From: an uncultured delta proteobacterium
GTDB lineage: Bacteria; Desulfobacterota; RBG-13-43-22
Length of the DNA: 64,000 bases
Assembly (NCBI GenBank): GCA_963790475.1
Contig: CAWBOS010000006.1
Coordinates: 544,001 to 608,000 of the forward strand
Direction: 5' to 3'
The notes under the pieces were generated by a model. That model did not search any database. It had not been told where the DNA came from and saw only the letters and a program-made list of their open reading frames with translations. A program made the translations under genes and the position numbers. Positions 1 through 9,534 of this stretch are shown one piece after another (position 1 is the stretch's first letter; the number at the start of each line of letters is the position of its first letter).

Positions 1-193
1 GGATGTTACCTTACTCGAAAGGTATCTCCCACCTTGTGATCGTCTGCTCGCATCCAAATGGGTCAAAGACGGTATGCCATGCAGTCTCCTCATGGAATTC
101 AAGATTGGACAGCCAGTGATTGGTTCTGCTGAATTACCCGATTGGGATGAAATTATCGTCGTTCTGCATAAGTTTAGGAGATTTGTAAGGCAA

Positions 194-290
194 GGGTCAG
201 GTCTATACTGTTGCACTTTTATCTGAGCATTTAAAAATCGAAGGAGATATTATTGATGCTTGAATGCGCTTAAGGGAACATCATCAAGGG
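194..290 (+). repeat. ~97-bp direct repeat, copy 1 (starts GGGTCAGGTCTATAC)
   Basis: First 31 nt and an internal 30-nt block (AAAATCGAAGGAGATATTATTGATGCTTGA) are identical to 1412-1509. Confidence 0.85.
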
Positions 291-430
291 GTAAAAAGTT
301 AATATCTTCATTCGTGGCGACGGCCTGATCACCTCTGAATCCTTTTTAGAAACAGCCACTGTCCCTAAGTTTATAAGTATAAATTATTATATCGCGAGCC
401 AAATCATACCCATCGCAACAAGGAGTCCTA

Positions 431-1380
431 ATGGTACCAAAAGTCGGTCTGGCCCTGGGCGGCGGCGCGGCCAGGGGCCTTGCCCATCTCGGCGTACTTA
501 AAGTTTTGGAAGACGCCAAGATTCCTATCCATATCATAACCGGCACCAGCCTCGGGGCTATGGTCGGAGGACTCTATGCTTCCCGACCGGATGCCGCCTA
601 TTGGATGGGGCGGGTCGAAGAATTCCTCTTCAGCTTCCAGTCGCGAAAGACCCGTCTGGAGTTCATCCGCAAACTGGAGGAGGTTGATGATAATTGTGGA
701 TTTTTTACCGATATGGCCAACCTGGTTCGCAAGAGTTTTTTCTGGGGTGTTACCGCCACCAAATCGGCCTTCATCTCCGAAAAAGAATATGAAGAATTCC
801 TTAATCCTCTGATCCCCGATATCGCTATCGAGGAGACCCAAATACCCTTCGGTTGCGTGGCTACGGACATCCGGAAGGCCGCCCGCGTTCTCTATACCCA
901 AGGCTCACTCCGACGGGCGATCAGTGCCAGTTGTGCGCTGCCCGGGATATTCCCTCCGGTAAAAGACGGGGATCTGTTGCTGGTGGATGGTGGATGGGTG
1001 GAGTGTTTGCCCGCCCGCAGCGCAAGGGAAAGGGGGCCCAAGTCATCATAGGCGTAGACCTGTCGAGCGAGACCCAGAGGTTTGCCGGGGGATCCGGACT
1101 GGATATTATCCTGCGTTCGGATGCCGTCACCCGGATTTATCTGAACGACCTTTTGCTCGCCGATGCGGATGTGCTTATTCTCCCCAACGTGGACGGATGT
1201 CAGTGGGCCGATTTCAGCGGTCCCCGGGAGCTCTTCCGAGCGGGAGAGAAGGCTGCCCTCGAAAGTCTTCCCGCCATTCATAAGGCCGTGCATAAAAGGG
1301 CTCTTTCCCGAAAGGCCCTGGCAGAACGGTTCAAGACGATCAGGGATAAATGTATAGAAACCTTTGCAGCAGGGAAGTAG
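431..1380 (+). CDS. Patatin-like phospholipase (apparent frameshift at G-run ~1032-1036)
   Basis: GGGAARG, GTSLG and DGG motifs in ORF 431-1051; the C-terminus (AQVIIGVDLS...ADVLILP) continues in the 853-1380 frame; AGGAG RBS. Confidence 0.85.
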
Positions 1381-1411
1381 GCGGATTTTATAAATTCGGC
1401 TGGAGTAGGAG

Positions 1412-1509
1412 GGGTCAGGTCTATACTGTTGCACTTTTATCTATGGATTTCAAAATCGAAGGAGATATTATTGATGCTTGATTGCCGTTTAAAAGAACAT
1501 CACCAAGGG
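1412..1509 (+). repeat. ~97-bp direct repeat, copy 2
   Basis: Near-identical to 194-290; the two copies flank the patatin gene. Confidence 0.85.
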
Positions 1510-1616
1510 AACAGCGAAAAAGGGGACGGATTTATTTTACCTCTTTCTTTGGTCTTCTCCGACTTTGACATTTCACCCGCCTTTGGATTTTCTTTTCAAT
1601 TAGATCAACAAATCAG

Positions 1617-1840
1617 ATGCTGCCGGTCACCCGGCCCCGCTGGAGTGATTGGCAGATTAGTTCCCATTCTCCCGCAGGAATAGCATCTCACCCAAGCCTC
1701 CCCCCGGTCGGCCAGATCAAAGCCGCAAGCGTGGCGCATCGGGGACAAGCCTTCTCTGCGCAGCGGGTCCTCGCGGGATGGCGGCTCGGGCCGAAAGGCG
1801 CGCAGAAGGTCGGCTTAAAGGATTCCCCATGCCCCCATAG
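1617..1840 (+). ncRNA. Candidate structured ncRNA, unassigned family
   Basis: GC-rich island in an AT-rich spacer; GATGCT/AGCATC closes a two-hairpin domain; long rod 1736-1832 with a GCC-GAAA-GGC tetraloop; TTGACA at 1565-1570 upstream. Confidence 0.45.
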
Positions 1841-1941
1841 ATGACAAACCCAATCCTCTCATTGAGGATATACCGAAGTATCTCGTGGAGGTTCAAGATG
1901 ATCACGATTGAGTAACTTTGCTCAATCATTGAGTAATTTAT

Positions 1942-1970
1942 TTGAACAGCTTAAAGAGATGTGATATAGG
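1942..1970 (+). promoter_or_regulatory. Putative sigma70 promoter of the FAD oxidoreductase gene
   Basis: TTGAAC-17 bp-TATAGG with extended TG. Confidence 0.4.
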
Positions 1971-2063
1971 TCTTTTGTGTGCTATAAACGCCTTGGTGCA
2001 TGATCAAGACACGGACATTACCTCCGACCGGAAATCGGAATCCAATTTTATGCTCCGGGAATC

Positions 2064-3458
2064 GTGACCACTATGTCTAATTCATACGATGTCATCATTA
2101 TCGGTACGGGACCGGCCGGGATTTTCGCCGCCTTGGAGCTCATTAAGAATCCCCGGCTGAAAATCCTGATGATCGAGAAGGGCAGCGACATCAAGGGAAG
2201 AAGTTGTCCCATGGCCGAGACCGCGATTCCCTGTATTCAGTGCGACCTTTGCAGCCTCCTCTGCGGCTGGGGGGGGGCCGGGGCCTATAGCGATGGGAAA
2301 CTCACTCTGTCATCGGAATTCGGCGGACGGCTTAAGGAATATCTTTCCGAGGAAGATCTGGCCCAATGGATCCAATATGTCGATTCGGTTTATTGCTCAT
2401 TCGGGGCCGGAGGAGATATTCACGGCCAGGATATTGAAGCCCTGTCCCGTTTGAAGAAGAAAGCCGCCGGATATAACCTGGAGTTGATTCCTGCCCGGAT
2501 CAGGCACATCGGCACAGACCTCTGCGGAGATGTCCTGCGGAAGATCCGGGAGGAGTTGGACGGCAAAGTCGACCTCATTTTCGATACGCCGGTACAACAG
2601 ATCCGGACCGCCGATGGGCTTATTTCCGAGGTCAGGACCAAAGACGGGAAGATCTTTGAGGGCAGGTTTGTTATTATCGCTATCGGCCGGGAGGGGTCTT
2701 CCTGGCTTTCCGGCGAAGCAAAAAGGCTGGGGCTATCGGTCCAGAAAAATCCGGTGGATATCGGGGTAAGGGTTGAACTGCCGGCGGCGATCATGAAAGA
2801 GATAACCGATGTGGCTTATGAGGGGAAGTTCATCTATTTCTCGAAAAGATTTCAGGACAAAATCAGAACCTTCTGTATGAATCCCTATGGAGAAGTGGTC
2901 AAGGAATACAGCGAGGGTATATTCAGCGTCAACGGGCACAGCTACAAAAACAAAAGGACGGAGAACACCAACTTCGCGCTCCTGGTGAGCACCGATTTCA
3001 CGCGGCCCTTTAATGATCCTATATCCTATGGAAAATACATCGCCGGCCTGGCCAACCTGCTTGGCGGCGGAGTTATCGTCCAGCGGCTGGGTGATCTGAA
3101 GATGGGCCGACGATCTACATCGGAGAGAATAGTCGAGGGCTCAGTGCGGCCCACCCTGGAAGACGCCACTCCGGGAGACCTGAGTTTCGTACTGCCCTAC
3201 CGGCATCTCAGCAATCTTATGGAGATGCTCGAGGCCCTCGATAACGTGGCTCCGGGAGTAAATTCCGGTGATACGCTTCTTTACGGCGTGGAAGTGAAGT
3301 TCTACTCCATGAAGCTCAAGCTAACCCCCAGCCTCGAAACAGAAGTCAAGAATCTTTTTGCCATCGGGGACGGTGCCGGAGTAACCCGCGGCCTGATCCA
3401 GGCCTCGATTTCAGGGGTTATAACTGCGTGTGAGGTTTTAAAAAGAGTGGAGGAGTAA
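2064..3458 (+). CDS. FAD-dependent oxidoreductase (COG2509-like)
   Basis: GTGPAG dinucleotide motif, GWGGAGAYSDGKL, C-terminal GDGAGVTRG; start may be the ATG at 2073. Confidence 0.85.
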   Translation: MTTMSNSYDVIIIGTGPAGIFAALELIKNPRLKILMIEKGSDIKGRSCPMAETAIPCIQCDLCSLLCGWGGAGAYSDGKLTLSSEFGGRLKEYLSEEDLAQWIQYVDSVYCSFGAGGDIHGQDIEALSRLKKKAAGYNLELIPARIRHIGTDLCGDVLRKIREELDGKVDLIFDTPVQQIRTADGLISEVRTKDGKIFEGRFVIIAIGREGSSWLSGEAKRLGLSVQKNPVDIGVRVELPAAIMKEITDVAYEGKFIYFSKRFQDKIRTFCMNPYGEVVKEYSEGIFSVNGHSYKNKRTENTNFALLVSTDFTRPFNDPISYGKYIAGLANLLGGGVIVQRLGDLKMGRRSTSERIVEGSVRPTLEDATPGDLSFVLPYRHLSNLMEMLEALDNVAPGVNSGDTLLYGVEVKFYSMKLKLTPSLETEVKNLFAIGDGAGVTRGLIQASISGVITACEVLKRVEE

Positions 3459-3649
3459 ACGTTTCTATTTTTCCTCTTGATCCTGTCTTTTTATTTCCTT
3501 ATACTCTTTCCATCAAAAAGAGAGTTTCTTTAGGCGGGAAATCTCGTCCGAGCGGGACAAAGTCTTGAACCAGCCTTTGTCTGATTTAAAGCATCTATTG
3601 TTCTATTGCGAGCCTAAGGCAGGCTGAGCTGAAGAAAGGGGGATCTATC

Positions 3650-4210
3650 ATGAATCGGGCCCAAAAGAATTTTGTAGTGGTTGTCGTTATTTTTACCTTA
3701 ATTTTGTCATTAACACCTTTTACCTTGCAGGCGGCCTCTGATGAAAAATTAAACGAGACCGTATTCTCCGGGGATCTCCAATCCGTAAAGAGTTTGCTTG
3801 ATAAAGGAGCCAATGTCAACGAAAGGGATGCTCAGTTTGGCGTCACCCCACTCCATACGGCAGCATTTCACGGTTATACGGAAATCGTTAAGCTTTTATT
3901 GAGAAAAGGGGCGGAGGTTAATGCCAAAGACCAGGAAGGGGAGACCCCATTGATTGCCGCCCTGGCCAACGGGCATACTGAAATAGGCGAACTCCTGATA
4001 AACAAAGGCGCCACGGTAAATATAGCTACGAAAAAAGGCTGGACCCCTTTACATTTTGCAGCATCCCAGGGCGACGAAGATCTTGTGAGACTTCTAATTG
4101 AAAAAGGGGCAGATATAAAGGCCAAAACGAATGACGGAAAGACTCCTTCGGATTTAGCGATGGCTGCCGGTCATAAAGAAATGGCCGCTTTTCTTGAAAA
4201 AGGGAAGTGA
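3650..4210 (+). CDS. Secreted ankyrin-repeat protein
   Basis: Signal peptide followed by GxTPLH/GxTPLI ankyrin repeats. Confidence 0.9.
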   Translation: MNRAQKNFVVVVVIFTLILSLTPFTLQAASDEKLNETVFSGDLQSVKSLLDKGANVNERDAQFGVTPLHTAAFHGYTEIVKLLLRKGAEVNAKDQEGETPLIAALANGHTEIGELLINKGATVNIATKKGWTPLHFAASQGDEDLVRLLIEKGADIKAKTNDGKTPSDLAMAAGHKEMAAFLEKGK

Positions 4211-4224
4211 GAAAACAAATCAGA

Positions 4225-4791
4225 TTATTGTAGTTTTTTAACCCACTTGACCAGCGCGACCAGAAGTTCTTTGACTTTTTCCCGTGTTGTTTCGTCGGTA
4301 AGTCTGCCCGTTGCATCAAATTTATTTTCGGCGAAAGGCACCATAATCTCCGGGCGGTTGAGGGGAAAGGCATTAAGAAAGACCATGGACTGCCTCAGGT
4401 GATACTGGGCCCGAGCCGTACCGAGCATTCCGATGGATGCGCCCATGATGGCCACGGGTTTTTCTTCAAAGGGGCTCGTCCCATAAGGTCTGGAGACGGC
4501 GTCGATGGCGTTTTTCAGAACTCCGGGAATGGAATAATTATATTCCGGAGTCACTATAAGAAGCCCATCGGCCGTTTTTATCTTGGCCTTAAGTTCTTTT
4601 ACTTTCTCATGGGGGGTATTCTCCAGGTCCTGATTGAAGGGGGGGATACCCTCAAGATCGAATATTTCCAGTTCCATTTCTCCCGGAACAACCTCTGCCG
4701 CAGTCCGTAACAGCATTTTGTTAAAGGACCCTTTCCGAAGACTTCCGGCAAAACCAAGTACTTTAATTTTTTCGTTTCCTTTTTCTGCCAT
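4225..4791 (-). CDS. NADPH-dependent FMN reductase (ChrR/SsuE-like)
   Basis: GSLRKGSFN and TPEYNYSIPGVLKNAID motifs; GGAGG RBS. Confidence 0.92.
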   Translation of the reverse strand: MAEKGNEKIKVLGFAGSLRKGSFNKMLLRTAAEVVPGEMELEIFDLEGIPPFNQDLENTPHEKVKELKAKIKTADGLLIVTPEYNYSIPGVLKNAIDAVSRPYGTSPFEEKPVAIMGASIGMLGTARAQYHLRQSMVFLNAFPLNRPEIMVPFAENKFDATGRLTDETTREKVKELLVALVKWVKKLQ

Positions 4792-5030
4792 GTCCGACCT
4801 CCTTTTTTCCTCAGGATGTTTTTAAAAGCTCTCCCGGAAAATAATCCCAGCCCCCTTCCGTTTCCTTCGCGCTATAAAACCAAAATAATACAGCACCTGA
4901 AGGATGTCAAATCCCGGGAAACATTTTCACCTGCGAAGTAGGGGGCAGCGGCAGGGAAGTAGGCCTGTTCCTCGACTTTTCGGGCAATTATCTGTTAAAT
5001 AGTGTCGATCCAGAAATAACGAATGTGAAA

Positions 5031-5537
5031 CTAAATAATGATCTCCACTTCAGCCTCGATTTCCACCGGGATGTTGAAGGGCAGTTCGGCCAGGCCTACT
5101 GCCGAACGGGCATGATCCCCTCGTACGGGCCCATACAATTCAAAAATCAGATCGGAGAAACCATTGATCACCGCAGGCAGTTGATTGAACCCCGGGGCGG
5201 CACTGACCATCCCGAAGACCCGCAGCCAGGCGGCGATCCGGTCCAGATCCCCCAGGGTCCTTTTTAAATCGCCGAGGATGGATAAGGCGGTCAATCCGGC
5301 TGCCTGATAGCCTTGTTCCAATGATACCTCGGCCCCTACCTTGCCCAGAGGTTGGGCTATGGAACCGTCGGGATTCTGGGGCGGATGGCCGGAAATAAAA
5401 GCCCGGTTCCCTCTGATCCGAACCCAGGAAAAAGGCAGTTTCACCCCGGCCGGGGCCTTAACCGGCTCGGGTAAAACCAGCCCCATGGCTTTCAGTTTTT
5501 CTTCCACATTGAGGGAGTTTTCTTTGTTTCCCGTCAT
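5031..5537 (-). CDS. RidA/YjgF family protein
   Basis: HARSAVG...LPFNIPVEIE signature; ATG at 5537 after AAGGAGG. Confidence 0.88.
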   Translation of the reverse strand: MTGNKENSLNVEEKLKAMGLVLPEPVKAPAGVKLPFSWVRIRGNRAFISGHPPQNPDGSIAQPLGKVGAEVSLEQGYQAAGLTALSILGDLKRTLGDLDRIAAWLRVFGMVSAAPGFNQLPAVINGFSDLIFELYGPVRGDHARSAVGLAELPFNIPVEIEAEVEIII

Positions 5538-5547
5538 AAACACTACC

Positions 5548-5589
5548 TCCTTGACCTTGAACAAAAATGAACCCATTTCAAAGGTCTCA
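5548..5589. mobile_element. Truncated copy (one end) of the 142-bp MITE
   Basis: CCTTGACCTTGAACAAAAATGAACCCATTTCAAAGGTCTC matches the end of 5667-5808. Confidence 0.65.
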
Positions 5590-5666
5590 AATGATTTGCT
5601 GAATTACTGGATTTATTTCCAAGAACCTCTCGTTCCGTTTAATTTTTTAAAATAATCCAATCCCCT

Positions 5667-5808
5667 GCGACCTTTGAAAAACGCCCCCTTTTGCCCAATC
5701 TTTGCGTCAGACTCAAATTTTAATCCTCGAAATACAAAATGTATTCCTTTGGTTAAAATTTTCGTCTTCCTTGACCTTGGACAAAATTGAACATTTTTCA
5801 AAGGTCTC
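5667..5808. mobile_element. 142-bp MITE, copy 1
   Basis: Terminal IRs GCGACCTTTGAAAAA / TTTTTCAAAGGTCTC; homologous (inverted) to 22228-22369. Confidence 0.8.
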
Positions 5809-5926
5809 CCCCGATGGCCGGCCAAAGGGTTAAATATCGACTTCTCGTCTTTCTTTTGATATAAGCATTTTATGGTAGTTGAAAAACGGCCAAGAACTCA
5901 AGAGAAAAAAAGATGAGCCTTCTATT

Positions 5927-6024
5927 ATCGATGAACTCGTAAAAAGTCGCCGAAAGCCCATCTTCGTCATTCCAACGAAAGTCGGAATCCATCCCGCGGG
6001 ATAGATGGGCCTTTTTCAGCAATC
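5927..6024. repeat. GTCATTCC-family palindromic repeat / composite MITE remnant
   Basis: GATGAACTCGTAAAAAGTC + GTCATTCCAACGAAAGTCGGAATCC; related copies at 12838, 24434 and 37660. Confidence 0.6.
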
Positions 6025-6033
6025 TGTAATGGA

Positions 6034-7320
6034 TCAGGACATCCGGTTAATCCCGGCCAGGGTCGAATCGGCCACAGTTTTTAGACCGTCGGCCCTATCC
6101 CTTTCATCCCCTAATCTGGCCAGGGTTTCTTTTATCCTTTGCCGTCTTTCCTTGCGGTCTTCATTGACCAGGGGGCCGCCTCCGTGTTGTTCCCGGTATA
6201 TCCTTATCAGAAGATCGGCCATCTCCTTGGGATTGTAGCCGGAGGCCTTCCAGTGGAACAATTCTTTGATAAAACCGGTATAGGCCTTTTCCTTTAAGGC
6301 CTTAACCTGCCTGGAAAGATTCTCGGATTTTAAGATGGATTTTTTTTCACTCATGGAATAACCCAGTTCAACCAGGAGATCACGGTCGCAAAGAAAACAC
6401 AAAGGAATCATACGGGTCCCTAAAAAATCTTCCCCGTGCCCGGGCATGACCCGGATCAGGCTGAATCCGTGCTTGAGGGCCTCTTTGGCCTGAGTGTCCT
6501 GGATTCGAGGGTCTCTTCTAATCCGTTTCTGCCCGCTTATAATCCCCCTCAGTTGACGGGAGGCCATTCTCATATGCAGAGAAAAGGCCCTGAAGCTTTT
6601 GGAAAAAAGAGGACCGTGCATTAACCATAAATCACCGGAAAAGAGGATATGATTGGCCGGCCGTTCCCCGGCCGGTTGGTTATCATGACGATGGTGAAGA
6701 CTGTGCGGTCCGTAATGGACGATGATTTGGTCGGGGCTGTGCATGGTGTCGCTCTCGGGACAAGCCAGGATCTCCAGGTGGCCGGCGCCTCCAATAGGAA
6801 TGGATTTAGAGAGGAAGGGAAAATCCAGGCCATCGATAGCCGCTGACGGATTGCCTTCACGGGGAGATAGATATTCAACACGGCACCGGCGAAGCCGGGC
6901 AGGTTCAAACCCTCTTAACCACAGCCGGTCTTCCGCGGTTAAAGGTCCTTCGATGAAATTCCGGAAGTTGGCATGGACCAGGATGGTTGCGCCGGATTTT
7001 AGGGCCAGCAGATCGGACAGACCGCAATGATCGTGATGACGATGGGTGATCATAATTCTTTCAATCCCTTCGGGATTTATTCCTTGATCCACCAAAATAG
7101 ACTCTATCCGGTCCCGATACATGGGATCCCCGGTATCAATCAAGGTGTGACGCCTGGCCCCCTTGTGGTGATAGCTGAAAACATAGAAGTTCGCGCCACG
7201 ATTGAAAAAGAAACAGGTCAGAACCGTACCGGCATCATCCACCGGCTCGGAGGTGACTTTAAAAGGATCTTCAGGCTGGTTGGCGATTACTTTTGCGGAA
7301 ATAGGGTCAGGATCGGTCAT
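6034..7320 (-). CDS. Metallo-beta-lactamase-fold hydrolase
   Basis: LIDTG, THRHHDHCG, FSGD and PGHG motifs. Confidence 0.85.
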   Translation of the reverse strand: MTDPDPISAKVIANQPEDPFKVTSEPVDDAGTVLTCFFFNRGANFYVFSYHHKGARRHTLIDTGDPMYRDRIESILVDQGINPEGIERIMITHRHHDHCGLSDLLALKSGATILVHANFRNFIEGPLTAEDRLWLRGFEPARLRRCRVEYLSPREGNPSAAIDGLDFPFLSKSIPIGGAGHLEILACPESDTMHSPDQIIVHYGPHSLHHRHDNQPAGERPANHILFSGDLWLMHGPLFSKSFRAFSLHMRMASRQLRGIISGQKRIRRDPRIQDTQAKEALKHGFSLIRVMPGHGEDFLGTRMIPLCFLCDRDLLVELGYSMSEKKSILKSENLSRQVKALKEKAYTGFIKELFHWKASGYNPKEMADLLIRIYREQHGGGPLVNEDRKERRQRIKETLARLGDERDRADGLKTVADSTLAGINRMS

Positions 7321-7540
7321 TTTTCTTCTCTTGGTTTTGGGAAGCTGTTTATTGTAATGGGAAACGGCGTTCGGGAAGGTCGTTGGTCCATGAAGAAAGA
7401 CATTGGTCTTTGGAGACGTTTAAATCCTATGTGAACGCTTTGAGATGGACTGAGTATAAAATAGCCCATTGGAGTGGTCAAGAAGAAAAAATGAAGGCAA
7501 GCTTTTGATTTTCAGTTTTAAGAATATTGAAGGCTGGTAA

Positions 7541-7864
7541 TTAAGCGTATAGGTCAATCGTATTTTGTTTCTGCGGTTTTCTTCGGGCAAGATTATGGTA
7601 TTGACTAAAAGCATTTTTCAACCGGAAGTCAGGCGGGTGAGGAAATTGGTTTGACAGGTCAGGCTGATCAACAATTTCCTGAAATTCAACGTCGATAAAA
7701 CGGAAATTTCCAAAAAATGAATACCCTTTGATTAAAAGCGCTTGAGCGGAAGCCGTTTGAGCGGCTGGAGACGTCTCTTGGGAAGGCTGTGGCCCCAGGT
7801 CAGGTTTTTCCCTGAAGGGGCGCTGTGAGGATCTGGAAGGTACGAGGGGAAAATTCATTAACAT
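7541..7864 (-). CDS. Hypothetical small protein (107 aa)
   Basis: Longest ORF lying wholly within a 700-bp gap; low-complexity N-terminus and an ...IDLYA C-terminal tail. Confidence 0.35.
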   Translation of the reverse strand: MLMNFPLVPSRSSQRPFREKPDLGPQPSQETSPAAQTASAQALLIKGYSFFGNFRFIDVEFQEIVDQPDLSNQFPHPPDFRLKNAFSQYHNLARRKPQKQNTIDLYA

Positions 7865-8027
7865 CCACAGCCGTTTTTTGTTAACTCCTTGAGTTGCCTG
7901 GTAAAAACATAACCTTGTCTCTAAATCCCATTTTTTGTATTTAATATTTAATCAAAACCTGATAAAAAGGTCAATAAAAAAATGCGGTTACAGCAAATCC
8001 GGTTTGAATTAAACAAACGAGGGAAAA

Positions 8028-9290
8028 ATGGATAAACCCAAGTTGCATTATGGATGGATCGTAATCCTTATGGGCCTTTTGGTCCTGATCGGGGCCCATG
8101 GATTTGGACGTATGTCTTATACCTTGATCCTTCCGGCCATGAAAGACGGGCTACATTTTACTTATACCCAACTGGGACTGATCGGCACCGGGAATTTTAT
8201 CGGCTATTTGTTTATGGCCTTGATCGGCGGGGCCTTGGCCGCGCGTTTCGGGTCGCGCTTGACCATCACCCTGGGCCTGGTCTTTATGGGGGTGACCATG
8301 TTTATGACCGGTCTGACCCAGGATTTTGAGATGGCTTTTACCATGCGACTGCTGACCGGCTTGGGTCACGGGGCCGCCTACATCCCGGCCATGGCTTTGG
8401 GTTCGGCCTGGTTCGCCACCCGACGGCGGGGCCTGGCTACCGGCATTGTAACCGCCGGAACCGGAATCGGCACTGTGATTGCCAGCTTGGTCATCCCCAT
8501 CATCCTCAAGTCCCAAGGGGTCGAGGGATGGCGTTATACCTGGTATTTACTGGGTGGGGCCATGCTTATTATCGCTGTTCTGGTCGGCCTGTTCATTCGG
8601 AGCCGGCCGGAAGATATGGACCTCCGCCAGGTGGGAGCAGAGGCAGACACCCCTAAGTTACCACAGGCTTCTTCGTCATCCAAAATCCTGAATTGGGGAG
8701 AGGTTTATAAAGTCAAGGCCGTCTGGTATCTGGGCTTGGTTTATTTCATGTACGGCTTTTCTTATATTATTTATATGACTTTTTTTGCCGCCTACCTGAT
8801 CAAAGAGTTGGGAATGACCCCGGCCAAGGCGGGGGGTTTATGGGCCCTGGCCGGGGGATTAAGTATTCTGTGCGGGGTAATCTGGGGAGGCCTTTCGGAT
8901 TATCTGGGCCGAGCCAGAGGGGCGGCCTTGGCTTATCTGATCCTGACGATCTCTTATCTCTTATTCGCCCTGATCCAGTCCGCCCCGGGGTATTATTTAT
9001 CGGCCGTGTTTTTCGGCCTCAGCGCCTGGAGCATACCGACTATCATGGCCGCCACTGCCGGTGATATCGTTGGCCCCAGACTGGCCCCGGCCGGTCTCGG
9101 TTTTGTCACCCTCTTTTTCGGTATAGGCCAGGCCCTGGGACCGATGATCGGCGGCTTTCTTTCAGATGTCACCCATTCCTTTTCCATCCCCTTCCTTTTG
9201 GCCGGCGGGGTTTCCATCCTCGGCGGCCTGATGGCTTTGGGAATCAAAACCAAAACAAGATCATCCGCCAATCTTCCAGAGAAGCTTTGA
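8028..9290 (+). CDS. MFS transporter (YbfB/YjiJ-like)
   Basis: About 12 hydrophobic segments, GFGRMSYTLILPAM, GGLSDYLGR. Confidence 0.9.
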   Translation: MDKPKLHYGWIVILMGLLVLIGAHGFGRMSYTLILPAMKDGLHFTYTQLGLIGTGNFIGYLFMALIGGALAARFGSRLTITLGLVFMGVTMFMTGLTQDFEMAFTMRLLTGLGHGAAYIPAMALGSAWFATRRRGLATGIVTAGTGIGTVIASLVIPIILKSQGVEGWRYTWYLLGGAMLIIAVLVGLFIRSRPEDMDLRQVGAEADTPKLPQASSSSKILNWGEVYKVKAVWYLGLVYFMYGFSYIIYMTFFAAYLIKELGMTPAKAGGLWALAGGLSILCGVIWGGLSDYLGRARGAALAYLILTISYLLFALIQSAPGYYLSAVFFGLSAWSIPTIMAATAGDIVGPRLAPAGLGFVTLFFGIGQALGPMIGGFLSDVTHSFSIPFLLAGGVSILGGLMALGIKTKTRSSANLPEKL

Positions 9291-9378
9291 ACCTCTTGCC
9301 TTGTCTTAATATTTTTGTAACAATTTTGCACTTTGAAAAAGGGTAAGAATAATTCTGGCTCCAATGATTCCAAAGACT

Positions 9379-9456
9379 AAATCCCCCTCGATCCCCCTTT
9401 TCCAAAGGGGGAAGCTTGACCCCTCCCTTTGAAAAAGGGAGGTCGGGAGGGATTTT
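9379..9456. repeat. CCCCCTTT..AAAGGGGG palindromic repeat between convergent genes
   Basis: Nested hairpins CCCCCTTT-TCC-AAAGGGGG and CCTCCCTTT-GAA-AAAGGGAGG; related copy at 34870-34916. Confidence 0.7.
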
Positions 9457-9534
9457 TTATGGTTTTTCAAACAGCTAAATTGATACGTATTTTTTAAGAA
9501 AGGATAAATCGTCTCTCAAACAGGTATCGGGCGT

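Noticed and set aside
1-190. Possible gene end at the window start
   Set aside because: Frames are short and unrecognisable; no call can be supported
1617-1840. Assignment of the structured region as RNase P, SRP or 6S RNA
   Set aside because: CAGAAGGTCGGCTTA only loosely resembles the RNase P 3' motif; there is no GAGGAAAGTCC, no SRP helix-8 motif, and the 5' and 3' ends do not pair as in 6S
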